A stretch of 29,677 nucleotides of DNA. It comes from a virus (lineage: Duplodnaviria; Caudoviricetes). Below the pieces are notes generated by a model that had not been told where the DNA came from, ran no database searches, and worked only from the letters and a program-made list of their open reading frames with translations. The translations under genes and the position numbers were made by a program. Where the stretch lies: positions 1 to 29,677 of IMG/VR virus record IMGVR_UViG_3300008450_000309. One strand, written 5' to 3'. Numbering within the stretch: the stretch's first letter is position 1; each line of letters begins with the position of its first letter. Below are positions 9,803 through 18,804 of the stretch, in pieces.

Positions 9803-10671
9803 TTCCCCAATTTCAACACAAACTCGCTTCATCTTTTGTTCTCTGGTTCGACAATTACTTGCTTACCAAAGGTCAAGCGTACACAAATACAACGGGGCGT
9901 TTTTACTATTATCAAGATGAAAGACTACCAACCGAATACAAAGTTTTTGGCAGTCCTTACAAACAGTGGGTTTCTGATTATTCAATCTCTGGAGCCACAA
10001 TTCCTTCTGGTGTTTTCGTGAATGGATCGTTTGTTGGCCGAGCAACTGGAGCAAGCAATTCAACAAGCCCAAGAATTCTTGACTTTGAAAATGGTCGCGC
10101 TCTTATTAGTGGCGCTGCAACTGGAGCAACCGTCACAGGCTCTTTTGCTGTCAAAGATTTTAATGTTTATTATACCAATGAAAATGAGGAAGACCTTCTT
10201 GTGGAAAACAAGTTTATTCCTCAGAGTCAGATTGGAACAAATCTAAACCCAACTTACTCCCAACCATACGACCAAGTTGTTCCAGCTATCTATATTTGCA
10301 ACGCAGCTTTTGAAAACAAGCCTTTTGCTTTTGGCGGCATGGACCAAACAATGACCAACCTAAATGCTGTGGTGATTGCGGAAAATCCTTATCAATTAGA
10401 TGGCGTGCTCTCTATTTTTGCAGATTCTAAAAATGAATGCATTGTTGATATTCCTTTTGACAACTATCCACTTACAGAGTATGGAGATTTAAAGAGCGGC
10501 TATTATAATTATCAAAACTTAAAGAACCAATACATCAACAACAATAAATATTTTGTTGATAGGGTAAAAACTTCCAAAATGAGCGACAAACCGCGCAAGT
10601 CATTAGTGAATGATTTGTATGTTGGTTTTATTGATTTTGATGTCTCAATCATGAGGTATCCTAGAATCTAG
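9799..10671 (+). CDS. Probable tail terminator/completion virion protein (290 aa)
   Basis: Immediately upstream of the tail tube gene. Beta-rich, with a C-terminal GFIDFDVS strand pattern. Confidence 0.5.
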   Translation: MIPQFQHKLASSFVLWFDNYLLTKGQAYTNTTGRFYYYQDERLPTEYKVFGSPYKQWVSDYSISGATIPSGVFVNGSFVGRATGASNSTSPRILDFENGRALISGAATGATVTGSFAVKDFNVYYTNENEEDLLVENKFIPQSQIGTNLNPTYSQPYDQVVPAIYICNAAFENKPFAFGGMDQTMTNLNAVVIAENPYQLDGVLSIFADSKNECIVDIPFDNYPLTEYGDLKSGYYNYQNLKNQYINNNKYFVDRVKTSKMSDKPRKSLVNDLYVGFIDFDVSIMRYPRI

Positions 10672-10697
10672 TTCTCATTCGCTTGATTTAACTGTAA
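10672..10697 (+). promoter_or_regulatory. Putative strong late promoter TTCTCA-N15-TGTAA for the tail tube gene
   Basis: Intergenic CTGTAA 19 nt before the ATG. The same bipartite spacing occurs at 15351-15376. Confidence 0.55.
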
Positions 10698-10716
10698 ATA
10701 AAGCAAACTTTCTTTT

Positions 10717-11862
10717 ATGGCAAGAAATCGCGTAATCTATCAATCTGAAGGGCTGTTTGTAAGCAGCGGACTCTCATCTAAAACTGCTGCGGAACACAAG
10801 CAGCTAAAACGTGTGCAAAGCGCTAACTACAGCTTTGAAATCACTCGTCAAGACGTAAACCAATTTGGGCAGCTTGCTCGTATTGATGCTCTTGTTCTAC
10901 AGTCTCCGACTGTGAGCTTGGACTTCTCATACTATCTAGCTGATGGATTCAATGAATCCGCTCTTGGTTTCTATATGCAAGGAACTGGCGGTTCTGCTGG
11001 TCCAACAACCGTTGGTAACTTTGCATCAGGCCAAATGGTTAGCTCTTCTGGCATTAACTTCTTCATTGTAACCGATAGCGAAGGCATTGACCTTAACTAC
11101 GACAATACTCCAACCACCGCTCTTAGCGGCAAAGGCATCATTGGTATTGGTAACGGTTTCATTACTGATTATACCCTTAATGCTGCTGTAGGCGACCTAC
11201 CAACCGTTTCCGTCTCCGTCGAAGGTCTTGGCTTTAACGCTGCAACCTATGACGTAAATGGCAATGTTACTGGTTTCAATACTCCAGCAATCAATCCAGC
11301 ACTCGGAACCAAACTATTCACTGGCACTGGAGACTATGTTAAGCTTCCTCTTCCAACCACAGGTGACGGCGTAACCGCTCTTCGCCCTGGTGATATTAGC
11401 CTAAGCTTTGGTGGATTCACTGGCACTGGCGGCACTCCAACCTCCACTGTTGACAATTCTTCTAATGCAATCAACATTCAAAGCGTCAGCATTGCACTCC
11501 CAATGAGCCGCACTCCAATTGAGCGTCTTGGTAGCCGTTTCGCGTTCGCTCGCGTAACTGACTTCCCTGTGACTGCCACAATGACTGTGAACGCTCTTGT
11601 GAATGAAGTTCAAGCTCGTAACCTTGCTGATATGATTGATGATGGAACCGAAAGAGACATCACTCTCACCATTAATCAGCCTGGAACAAGCACTCCTGCT
11701 GTGAAATACACCTTTGCAGCCGCTCGTCTCAATAGCGAAAGCTACTCTTCTGACATTGGCTCCAACAAGAGTGTTGACCTTAGCTTCTCCACTCAAATTG
11801 GTGGTCCTAACGACACTGTTCACGGTATCTACTTCTCAGGTGCATCCGCTCGCGCATTCTAA
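10717..11862 (+). CDS. Major tail tube protein (381 aa)
   Basis: S/T/G-rich beta protein (MARNRVIYQSE...RVQSANYSFEITRQDVNQFG...SRTPIERLG) with highly expressed codon bias, its own promoter motif and a terminator. It follows the neck genes. Confidence 0.75.
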   Translation: MARNRVIYQSEGLFVSSGLSSKTAAEHKQLKRVQSANYSFEITRQDVNQFGQLARIDALVLQSPTVSLDFSYYLADGFNESALGFYMQGTGGSAGPTTVGNFASGQMVSSSGINFFIVTDSEGIDLNYDNTPTTALSGKGIIGIGNGFITDYTLNAAVGDLPTVSVSVEGLGFNAATYDVNGNVTGFNTPAINPALGTKLFTGTGDYVKLPLPTTGDGVTALRPGDISLSFGGFTGTGGTPTSTVDNSSNAINIQSVSIALPMSRTPIERLGSRFAFARVTDFPVTATMTVNALVNEVQARNLADMIDDGTERDITLTINQPGTSTPAVKYTFAAARLNSESYSSDIGSNKSVDLSFSTQIGGPNDTVHGIYFSGASARAF

Positions 11863-11873
11863 TGTGCAACACA

Positions 11874-11905
11874 AAAAAACCCCGCTCGAAAGAGCGGGGT
11901 TTTTT
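11874..11905. terminator. Bidirectional rho-independent terminator
   Basis: AAAAAA-CCCCGCTC-GAAA-GAGCGGGG-TTTTTT between convergent genes. Confidence 0.93.
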
Positions 11906-11921
11906 ATTACCTAAATTTGTT

Positions 11922-12431
11922 TTATAGATAGCCGCCAGGATAGTAAGTATATGGAAATCCATAATAATACCCACTTCCAGATTGGTATCCAGCCTCAAGC
12001 CCTCCAAGTTGACGAGGTTCAGCTTTGTAGCTATTGTAGGCGTAAACAAGACCATTAAGCTTCTGCTGAGAGTCTGTCGCTAAACCGCGATAAACCTTGC
12101 TAACTTCATTACGGTTAACAAATGTGATGGAGTTGTCTCCATCAGAAACAGAAAGAATATTGTCGCCATTATTGCTGGATGCCAAGATTCCTCTCAGTGC
12201 ATTACGAGCTTGACGAGCATAAAAATTGCTTAAATAAAGCTCTTTAAAAATCGCCTTCTCTTCTTCGCCCAATGATGGGTCTGAACCGCTAAAGCTTGTG
12301 TAAAGAAGATTATTGAGAAGCCCAAGATTAGTAGAAAACCAACCGCTGATTTGAGTGAAAGTGGTTGTGCCAGTTTCAGAGCCAAACTCAACAGAGAAAA
12401 CTTCGTGTGCTAAGTCAGAATATACGCTCAT
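11922..12431 (-). CDS. Probable head-tail adaptor/connector (169 aa)
   Basis: Downstream of the MCP. Helical N-terminus followed by the hairpin ILSVSDGDNSITF, a pattern like SPP1 gp15/HK97 gp6-type adaptors. Confidence 0.55.
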   Translation of the reverse strand: MSVYSDLAHEVFSVEFGSETGTTTFTQISGWFSTNLGLLNNLLYTSFSGSDPSLGEEEKAIFKELYLSNFYARQARNALRGILASSNNGDNILSVSDGDNSITFVNRNEVSKVYRGLATDSQQKLNGLVYAYNSYKAEPRQLGGLEAGYQSGSGYYYGFPYTYYPGGYL

Positions 12432-12796
12432 TAAAACTCTCCTAAGATTTTAAGGGTTTTTTGGTGTTGTGGATTGTTTGGGTCAAGCTCAATAGACTTA
12501 GCAGTTAGCGGCAAAAGCTTGCCAGTTGCATTAAGATTGTAGCTGCGAAATTGTTTGGCAAGAGCCTTTTTTAATTGCGGCTTTTGCAGATAAGGACTAA
12601 GGCCAACGCGCATTGCCAAGGCTTGCATTTCCGAGTAATTCATTTCAGCAAGGCGATCTTCAAATACTTGTGGGTCAGTGGTTTTAAATGGATTAACTTC
12701 TTGAACCCCAAGAATCTTTTCTAGCTTCAAAAGCTTTTCCTTGTATTCTTTGCCGTTAACGTGTTCAAGATTGTTTAATTCGTCTTTTAGATTCAT
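12431..12796 (-). CDS. Hypothetical protein (121 aa)
   Basis: Coupled to the next gene (TAATG). Preceded by CTGTAT 8 nt before the ATG. Confidence 0.75.
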   Translation of the reverse strand: MNLKDELNNLEHVNGKEYKEKLLKLEKILGVQEVNPFKTTDPQVFEDRLAEMNYSEMQALAMRVGLSPYLQKPQLKKALAKQFRSYNLNATGKLLPLTAKSIELDPNNPQHQKTLKILGEF

Positions 12797-12804
12797 ATAT
12801 TATT

Positions 12805-12810
12805 ATACAG
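12805..12810 (-). promoter_or_regulatory. Putative late promoter variant CTGTAT
   Basis: Lies just after the MCP terminator, where re-initiation would be needed. Confidence 0.5.
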
Positions 12811-12830
12811 TTAAACTTTCAAAAGTAAAC

Positions 12831-12862
12831 AAAAAAGGGACTGCCCTTTCGGGCAGTCCCTT
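12831..12862 (-). terminator. Rho-independent terminator after the major capsid gene
   Basis: On the minus strand GGGACTGCCC-GAAA-GGGCAGTCCC-TTTTTT, 14 nt after the MCP stop. Confidence 0.93.
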
Positions 12863-12876
12863 GATTTGAGGACGGA

Positions 12877-13989
12877 TTAGACGATCACGCCAAGGAGAGC
12901 ACGGTTGTCGAGAACCATACGGCCTTCTTCGAGGGAACCGAAGTAGCCAATCTTGTTCTGACGGATGCTGTATTGGTCGTCAGCAATGAGGCTGAACTCA
13001 GCACCGCTGTCGCCATCAATAGCGGTAGCGCGGATGAGTGACTCACGGCCACGGTCAAGACCAACGGCGATTTCTTGAGTAGCTGGATTGAAGCTGCCAC
13101 TATAAACAGTGTCGAAGATGGTGTTGTACTTCTGATTCTTACCAAGCTCATTGATCACCATGATGGACACACCATAAAACTCTGGAAGACCAGCGGAGTT
13201 ATAGAGAGCCATGCGCATTTCATCAGGAGCAGCGATACCGTTTGAGCGGTAATCGGAGCTACCTAGCGCAGCAGCGCCAGCGCCCTTGGTGTTGATGGGG
13301 TTGTAAGCCATCGAACGGATTGAGTTTTCCAACTCAGGGCTGATGATGAGGTCAGTGATACCGCGAGCATTAGCAGCGCCTTCTGGAGTACCCTTAGAGA
13401 AGGAAGTGTTGATGCGGCGAGCGCGGGTGATGAGGTTGTTGAAGTCTTGGAGCAAGAAGCTTCCAGCGGTTGTAGCGCTGATGATATGGTCAAGACCGTT
13501 GGTTTGAGCATTGGCAAGAGCGCTCATGAGCAAGTTGGCGCTGGTGCGCTCCTGCTTGAGAAGAATTTCTTGAGCCATGCGGGTAAAGGTCTTGCTCACA
13601 ACGTCCATGCGGCTCTTGGCAGCATAACGACGATCAAAGCTAAGGGCTGAATCGAGAGTGTAGGTAGCAATCTTCATTTCAGAAACAGTCGGAAGGACTT
13701 GGTTCTGTGGAAGACCACCAGCAGCGCTTTGGCTATAAACAGTGATATAGTCCTCGTCGGAAATATCATAGTATAGGTCAAGCGGAATGGAAGGATTGTC
13801 ATCAGCATTGAACTGCAACTGAGTAAAGAGATTACTAAGGGTTGGAGCGTTGTTGATAACTTCGGCTAGAACAGGGCCAATGAACTCGGCAAGAGCAACC
13901 TGAGCTTCATAAGCAACCTGACGGTTGCGAGAGGCGGTGGCCTTGATTAGTTCGATTTGTTCTGGAGTTCTTTTAAGAGTGATTTTCAT
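12877..13989 (-). CDS. Major capsid protein (HK97-fold expected, 370 aa)
   Basis: Gene order portal-protease-decoration-this gene, AGGAGG RBS, strong codon bias and downstream terminator. The C-terminus (KIGYFGSLEEGRMVLDNRALLGVIV) fits HK97-type MCP endings. Confidence 0.88.
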   Translation of the reverse strand: MKITLKRTPEQIELIKATASRNRQVAYEAQVALAEFIGPVLAEVINNAPTLSNLFTQLQFNADDNPSIPLDLYYDISDEDYITVYSQSAAGGLPQNQVLPTVSEMKIATYTLDSALSFDRRYAAKSRMDVVSKTFTRMAQEILLKQERTSANLLMSALANAQTNGLDHIISATTAGSFLLQDFNNLITRARRINTSFSKGTPEGAANARGITDLIISPELENSIRSMAYNPINTKGAGAAALGSSDYRSNGIAAPDEMRMALYNSAGLPEFYGVSIMVINELGKNQKYNTIFDTVYSGSFNPATQEIAVGLDRGRESLIRATAIDGDSGAEFSLIADDQYSIRQNKIGYFGSLEEGRMVLDNRALLGVIV

Positions 13990-14016
13990 ATTAAATTGTT
14001 TCCTCCTTGGTTAAGA

Positions 14017-14634
14017 TTACATGCGAAGGCCAACCACGGCGAAATTGCCAGCGAATTGATCTGTGGTGCTTTGGGAAGTGCGTGAACCAGTGCCAAGAAC
14101 AAGACCAAGCTTGCCAGCATCGGAGTGAGCGCAACCAGTGACTTTACCAGCGTTAGCTGATAGCTTGAAGCCGCTGCCGACAGTGAGAGTGCCATCAATA
14201 GCATTAGCGCCAAGGGAGAACATACCGCGAGTGGCAACTGGAACAGCTTGTCCAGGAAGCACGCACATAAGTTCTTCGGCCTTTTGGCGATAGTAAAGAA
14301 GCTTTTCACCGTTTTCGTCAAACTTTGCAGTCTGGCGAAGAGTGATGCCAAGGCAGTTGGTGGTGTCGCCAGAGGCGGCAGGAGTAACCTTGAGGTTGAC
14401 GGAAGGATATTGGTTAGCGCCAACAAACGGATAGTCGGTTTTGCCGATGTAGCTGTTGGTAGCATAACTTACAGGGTCTAGGTCAAAGTTTCCTTCGGAA
14501 ACCTTAACGAAAACACCAGCATCACCGCTGCCAACGCCAGTTACATTGTCGTTGACGGCAGCATCAGCTAGTGCGTACATGTTGATGACATCGTTATCAT
14601 CATATTGACGGAATGGGAGTAGTCTGGTAGCCAT
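14017..14634 (-). CDS. Capsid decoration/cement protein (205 aa)
   Basis: G/A/T-rich beta protein between scaffold and MCP. The VLPGQAVPVATRG motif is typical of beta-tulip cement proteins. Confidence 0.65.
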   Translation of the reverse strand: MATRLLPFRQYDDNDVINMYALADAAVNDNVTGVGSGDAGVFVKVSEGNFDLDPVSYATNSYIGKTDYPFVGANQYPSVNLKVTPAASGDTTNCLGITLRQTAKFDENGEKLLYYRQKAEELMCVLPGQAVPVATRGMFSLGANAIDGTLTVGSGFKLSANAGKVTGCAHSDAGKLGLVLGTGSRTSQSTTDQFAGNFAVVGLRM

Positions 14635-14649
14635 ATTGGGTTAGTTAAA

Positions 14650-15336
14650 TTAAGAAATTAGGATGTTTTCACGAGAAAATGCGGAGGCAAATTTTTCTTT
14701 CAAGCTCTGCTTTTCTAGGGAAGTTTCTCCGTTGTTGTTCGGAATGGTTTTGTCAGCGGAAGCCTTGGCTTTTTCAAGAGCTTCTTCTGCGAGTTCAGCT
14801 TCGGTTTTAGTGGAAGCGGTGGATTTGTTGAGTTCAGCGAGACGCTTTTCAACTTCGGCAGCAATCTTAGCTTCTGTTTCTTCGGCCAAGCGACCAAGGT
14901 ATTCCTTGTTCTTATGCTTGAGCACAACAGAGAGCTTTTCTTGATAAGCTGCGAAAGCTTCGTCAGAAGCTTCAACGGTTTGAAGCTCGGAAGCAATAAC
15001 TTTGCGATCTTCGTCTTCGAGAGAATAAAGATTGTCAATTTGCTCCATGCGAGCGTTGAAACGAGCCAAAGCTTTTTCAGCTTCTTGAGAAGCTTCAATT
15101 TCTTGAAGCTTTACCTTTGTGTCGGCAAGTTCTTTTTGAAGAGTTTCAACAGAAGCCAAAAGTTCTTTGGCCTTGGTTTCGGAAGCTTCTTTCTCAGCCT
15201 TGGTAGCGCGATACTCTTCGTCCTTTTGACGAATTGCATCAGCAAAGGTGCTGGTCATGCTGGCGATTGCTTCTTCCGAAAATTTCTTCTCTGAAAGAGA
15301 AGCTTTAAGTTCTGAAAGGAATGTTTCTAAATCCAT
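14650..15336 (-). CDS. Putative nested, separately expressed scaffold protein (228 aa, MDLETFLSELK...)
   Basis: In-frame ATG (codon 283) at the domain boundary, preceded by an AT-rich tract and an internal TTCCCA-N15-TGTAA motif. Confidence 0.55.
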   Translation of the reverse strand: MDLETFLSELKASLSEKKFSEEAIASMTSTFADAIRQKDEEYRATKAEKEASETKAKELLASVETLQKELADTKVKLQEIEASQEAEKALARFNARMEQIDNLYSLEDEDRKVIASELQTVEASDEAFAAYQEKLSVVLKHKNKEYLGRLAEETEAKIAAEVEKRLAELNKSTASTKTEAELAEEALEKAKASADKTIPNNNGETSLEKQSLKEKFASAFSRENILIS

Positions 15337-16182
15337 AGATTTTTTAGTGTTTACATCTTTGAGGTTGAATTGGGAAATATTTTTTGTATTCATTGCAAAT
15401 ACTTTTTTATCCCGTGGGTCTTTGAACGACACGTTTTCTTCTGGAATGCTGCCGTTATCAAGCAACAAGCCTTTTACATTAGCGGCTGGATTAGCAGTAA
15501 AACCAATGCCAAGAGGATAAACTGAACCCTTGACTAAGCGATAAATTTTAGAGCCATCTTCCATTTTACCATTGCCACCATAAGCACGAAGTTTACCTTT
15601 GAGTTCTTCAATATGCTTGGGGTTTGAAATGATTTCTGCCTCTTTTAAATTTGTGCTTCCAACAGCCAACACATATTCATTAAATCCAAGCTCCCAACTT
15701 GCGGAGATTGTGTTAAAAAGATTGTTGCTTTCGCTGGTTGATTTATAAATCAAGTCAGTGAATTTAGGATCAACAAGTTTATAAATAACTGCTCCTAGAG
15801 CCAAGTTTACCAAGCCATTTGTTTCAACAACTTCTTGGTTTGTCATGGGAATATTTTCGCCCCAAGAATTGAAACCAGCAGAAACAATGTGGCCAACAAT
15901 TTGTTTTTTGTTGTGTTCAATGTTTGTTGGCTTATGAATAAAATATGGTGCAATTTGCACAGCGGTTTCAGAATCAATGCCGTCATCATTGCGGTTGAAT
16001 TGATTCACAACAGCAGCGTCAAAAGCCACGCCCATGAGATCAATATTTTTGCCCAAGTCAATGCTTTGGCTTGGAAGAAGGCTTTTTAAATTCTCAAGTG
16101 AAGCGGTGGAAATGAAAGAGTTTTCGCCAATTTGACACTGGCGAATAGAAACATCGAATTTTGTCTGATATTTAAAATCCAT
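14650..16182 (-). CDS. Prohead protease fused to a C-terminal coiled-coil scaffold (510 aa)
   Basis: N-terminal half has NRNDDG...HKPTNIEH...IVGHI...ISASWELGF...GIGFTANPAA, a His/Ser pattern like phage maturation proteases. C-terminal half is an E/K/A-rich coiled coil. Confidence 0.8.
   Translation of the reverse strand: MDFKYQTKFDVSIRQCQIGENSFISTASLENLKSLLPSQSIDLGKNIDLMGVAFDAAVVNQFNRNDDGIDSETAVQIAPYFIHKPTNIEHNKKQIVGHIVSAGFNSWGENIPMTNQEVVETNGLVNLALGAVIYKLVDPKFTDLIYKSTSESNNLFNTISASWELGFNEYVLAVGSTNLKEAEIISNPKHIEELKGKLRAYGGNGKMEDGSKIYRLVKGSVYPLGIGFTANPAANVKGLLLDNGSIPEENVSFKDPRDKKVFAMNTKNISQFNLKDVNTKKSMDLETFLSELKASLSEKKFSEEAIASMTSTFADAIRQKDEEYRATKAEKEASETKAKELLASVETLQKELADTKVKLQEIEASQEAEKALARFNARMEQIDNLYSLEDEDRKVIASELQTVEASDEAFAAYQEKLSVVLKHKNKEYLGRLAEETEAKIAAEVEKRLAELNKSTASTKTEAELAEEALEKAKASADKTIPNNNGETSLEKQSLKEKFASAFSRENILIS
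15351..15376 (-). promoter_or_regulatory. Putative internal late promoter TTCCCA-N15-TGTAA
   Basis: Same architecture as the tail-tube promoter, 14 nt before the internal ATG. Confidence 0.5.
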
Positions 16183-16183
16183 T

Positions 16184-16798
16184 TTATAAGTCTATAGTGT
16201 TTTTCCAAACCTCTTTGGTTTCGCGCAATTCATCCAATCTGTTTTCGTTTTTTTCTTCCCTTTCCCACTTGTTGATTTGTTCAACAGTGATGATTCCAAT
16301 AGAATTGGCTGGAGTTTTAATTTTTTCACGATACTCCATTTTAGCGCCTTTTTTGGCAGCAGATTTTGACTGCTCCATTTTTTTCTTCTCAAGTTCTTTC
16401 AAATATTCTTCGTCATCTTTAAGGTCTTGTTTTTCGAGTTCGAGTTCAAACTTGTCTTCTTTGATGTCTTCTTTTTCGAGTTTGATTTTTTCTTCAAGGG
16501 TTTTGCCCTCTTCTTCTTTTTCTTCTTCCTCTTCCTCGTCTTCCTCTTCTTTTTTAATTTCTTCAAGATCGTCTTCTGCCATGATCTTTTCTTTCATTCT
16601 TTCAAATGTAACAGCGCAAGCAATAGCAGCTTCTTTGTCTGTTTTGGCAGAACTTTCAGAAATGCATTTAGCCATAAACTTCTGGTAAGAAGCTTTTTCT
16701 TTGTCGCTCATTTTCTTTTCTGCAATTGAAACTTCAATAGTGGAACCATTGATAACAACTGTTTTTTCGAGAGGAATAGGAATTTCGTTAGGACTCAT
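16184..16798 (-). CDS. Highly charged hypothetical protein (204 aa), possibly capsid-internal
   Basis: Between portal and protease, overlapping the portal stop. Contains a poly-E tract, a K/E/D-rich helix and a small 2-Cys helical hairpin (YQKFMAKC...AAIAC). Confidence 0.75.
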   Translation of the reverse strand: MSPNEIPIPLEKTVVINGSTIEVSIAEKKMSDKEKASYQKFMAKCISESSAKTDKEAAIACAVTFERMKEKIMAEDDLEEIKKEEEDEEEEEEKEEEGKTLEEKIKLEKEDIKEDKFELELEKQDLKDDEEYLKELEKKKMEQSKSAAKKGAKMEYREKIKTPANSIGIITVEQINKWEREEKNENRLDELRETKEVWKNTIDL

Positions 16799-18755
16799 TT
16801 GTGCGACTGTGATGTAGGATGGCTGCTGAATAAAAATCTAATTTGTGAGATTCGGCAATCTCGGAAACTTCGCTAAGAAGTCCCAAAGATTCTATTGCAT
16901 TAAAATCTTTTACACATTCAAGAGCTTTATTTTCCCAATCATTTTTCTCATGAGCGCAAATAATCTTTTTGCAGAGTTCTTCGATAGCAGAAGTTTGCTG
17001 CTTGTTTAATCTCTTAACTCCCATATTTTCTTTTGCTTTGGCTTTCACATTTGTTTCAAAAGCCTCGATTTCATAAACAACCTCTTGAATATTTTTGCGC
17101 GAGAAATTAGCCTCTGTGATTGCGCCTTCTGGACGACCAGCAGATTTGGGCGTTTGGTTTGTTTCTGGAGCGTCAGTATTTGGAATAACTGGCACGCCGC
17201 CAACAAGCGGATTGTAATATCCTTTTTCACGATCATTAACAAATGATTCTTGAGCAGGTCCAATCTCATTTGCTTGTGGGAATCTGCCAGTGTTGAACAC
17301 TGTAAGACCTTGTTGTGGAGTGATAACTCCAAGCTCCATGAGTCGAGTAGTAACGCGAAGAAGTTGAGTGTTGTCTTTGAAATCAATTTCTTTGAAGCGA
17401 GCCTCTGGATAAGAGCGGAAACCAAGAGCTTTGGAAATGCGTTTGATTTCTGGCTGCAAGAATTCGTTTAAGAAAGCTTGGCGACTCTCTTTGAGACGAT
17501 CAACAAACATGTCAATCTTTGTAGAGATATTGCCATACTTGTCATCACCAAAGAAAATATTTTGAAGACCTTGCTCAATGTCTTTGTTTAGTGTTTCGTA
17601 TTTGGCTGGTCCAAGAACTTTGTTAAGGTCTGGAATAACGAAATCAGCTTTTGTTGTGTAGTCTGAGATGAGCACTCTTCCAACGGATTCGTTTCGGAAG
17701 AGGTCTTGCATGGCTTTGAGATTGTGGTGGTTGATTCCTCCTTTGTCGGGCGGTGCGCCCATTGTGATAAGTAGGATAACATTCTCAACGGTTCGCGTGA
17801 TTGCTTGGTCCATTTTCTTGAGTTCAAGCTTGGCATTAATGTCTTGCAGAACAGGAAAACCGAAAGGAATAGCGAAAGGCTCATAGTCTTGTTTTTTATA
17901 AAATGCGAAATGTAATTTTTCTGGATTGATTTTGATTTTTAATCCATTCTTAGCAAAGCCGCCCTTCATAATGTTTTGGCGATCTGATTCAGAGAAAGAG
18001 TTAAGCAACTCAAGGTCTTCATCAGATTGCGGATTGCGAAGTCTTTCCAAGTCATATTCAGAAAGAACTTTTTCGTAACTTGTAGCATTAAAGGTTGTGA
18101 CGCGCCTAGCAACAATATCAAAAGGATTTAGAATAACGTACTTGAGAGGAATCTGATTGCTGATGCCAGCGCCCTCTTCTGCATACATGGTGGAAAGCTT
18201 TTTAAAGTCTTCCAAGTCAAATTTACCATCCATGCGGTAAATGAAGATATTGCCGCTGCGATAGTATTCGCGGAAAAACTGATCTTTTAAATCCCAAATA
18301 CGAATTTTGCGCATCCAGCGATAAAAGAAATCTCTTGCTTTTTCTGTGCCATCCTCAAGAAAGATTTCGCCATTAGAAAACTCTGACATCAAATCTACAG
18401 CATTGCGGAAAATAGGAACATTAGCATAAGCTTTTTGGCATAGCTCAATCGCTTCGCGAATATAAACGCCATCGTTGGAAAAACTGTATGGCAACATGCC
18501 AGCACGAATGCTGCTGTAGCGATCAAATGTTGGCGCAAGTGCTGCGCGGTTTACTCTGGCAGAAGTTGCTTCTGTTCTAGTCAAACCTTCTCTTGAAGCT
18601 TTGGCGAATTGAATTGTGGAAGCGTCAGAAGTATAAAATGGTTCTCCAGCTAATACTGGATTAATGTCAGCAGCAATTGTGGATTCAAAGTTTGGAAGTG
18701 ACTTTTGATCAAATTTTTTCCAGTAGTCAGATTTTTTGTTGTAAGAGCGTGCCAT
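16788..18755 (-). CDS. Portal protein (655 aa)
   Basis: Directly downstream of TerL. Portal-like elements include AYANVPIFRNAVDLMSEF, FFREYYRSGNIFIY and KKQDYEPFAIPFG. Confidence 0.85.
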   Translation of the reverse strand: MARSYNKKSDYWKKFDQKSLPNFESTIAADINPVLAGEPFYTSDASTIQFAKASREGLTRTEATSARVNRAALAPTFDRYSSIRAGMLPYSFSNDGVYIREAIELCQKAYANVPIFRNAVDLMSEFSNGEIFLEDGTEKARDFFYRWMRKIRIWDLKDQFFREYYRSGNIFIYRMDGKFDLEDFKKLSTMYAEEGAGISNQIPLKYVILNPFDIVARRVTTFNATSYEKVLSEYDLERLRNPQSDEDLELLNSFSESDRQNIMKGGFAKNGLKIKINPEKLHFAFYKKQDYEPFAIPFGFPVLQDINAKLELKKMDQAITRTVENVILLITMGAPPDKGGINHHNLKAMQDLFRNESVGRVLISDYTTKADFVIPDLNKVLGPAKYETLNKDIEQGLQNIFFGDDKYGNISTKIDMFVDRLKESRQAFLNEFLQPEIKRISKALGFRSYPEARFKEIDFKDNTQLLRVTTRLMELGVITPQQGLTVFNTGRFPQANEIGPAQESFVNDREKGYYNPLVGGVPVIPNTDAPETNQTPKSAGRPEGAITEANFSRKNIQEVVYEIEAFETNVKAKAKENMGVKRLNKQQTSAIEELCKKIICAHEKNDWENKALECVKDFNAIESLGLLSEVSEIAESHKLDFYSAAILHHSRTNES

Positions 18756-18764
18756 TGGTTTATA

Positions 18765-18770
18765 TTACAC
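18765..18770 (-). promoter_or_regulatory. Putative late promoter motif GTGTAA for the portal/head operon
   Basis: Intergenic, 9 nt before the ATG, no SD. Confidence 0.6.
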
Positions 18771-18804
18771 GCAATTCTTAGAAATCCTACTTTAAAAGTC
18801 ACTT

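Noticed and set aside
14650-18755. Shared prohead-protease cleavage motif ([SA]x AS: ISTAS, KSTAS, AKAS) in protease/scaffold and portal
   Set aside because: Too short and common in A/S/K-rich proteins to support without virion proteomics.
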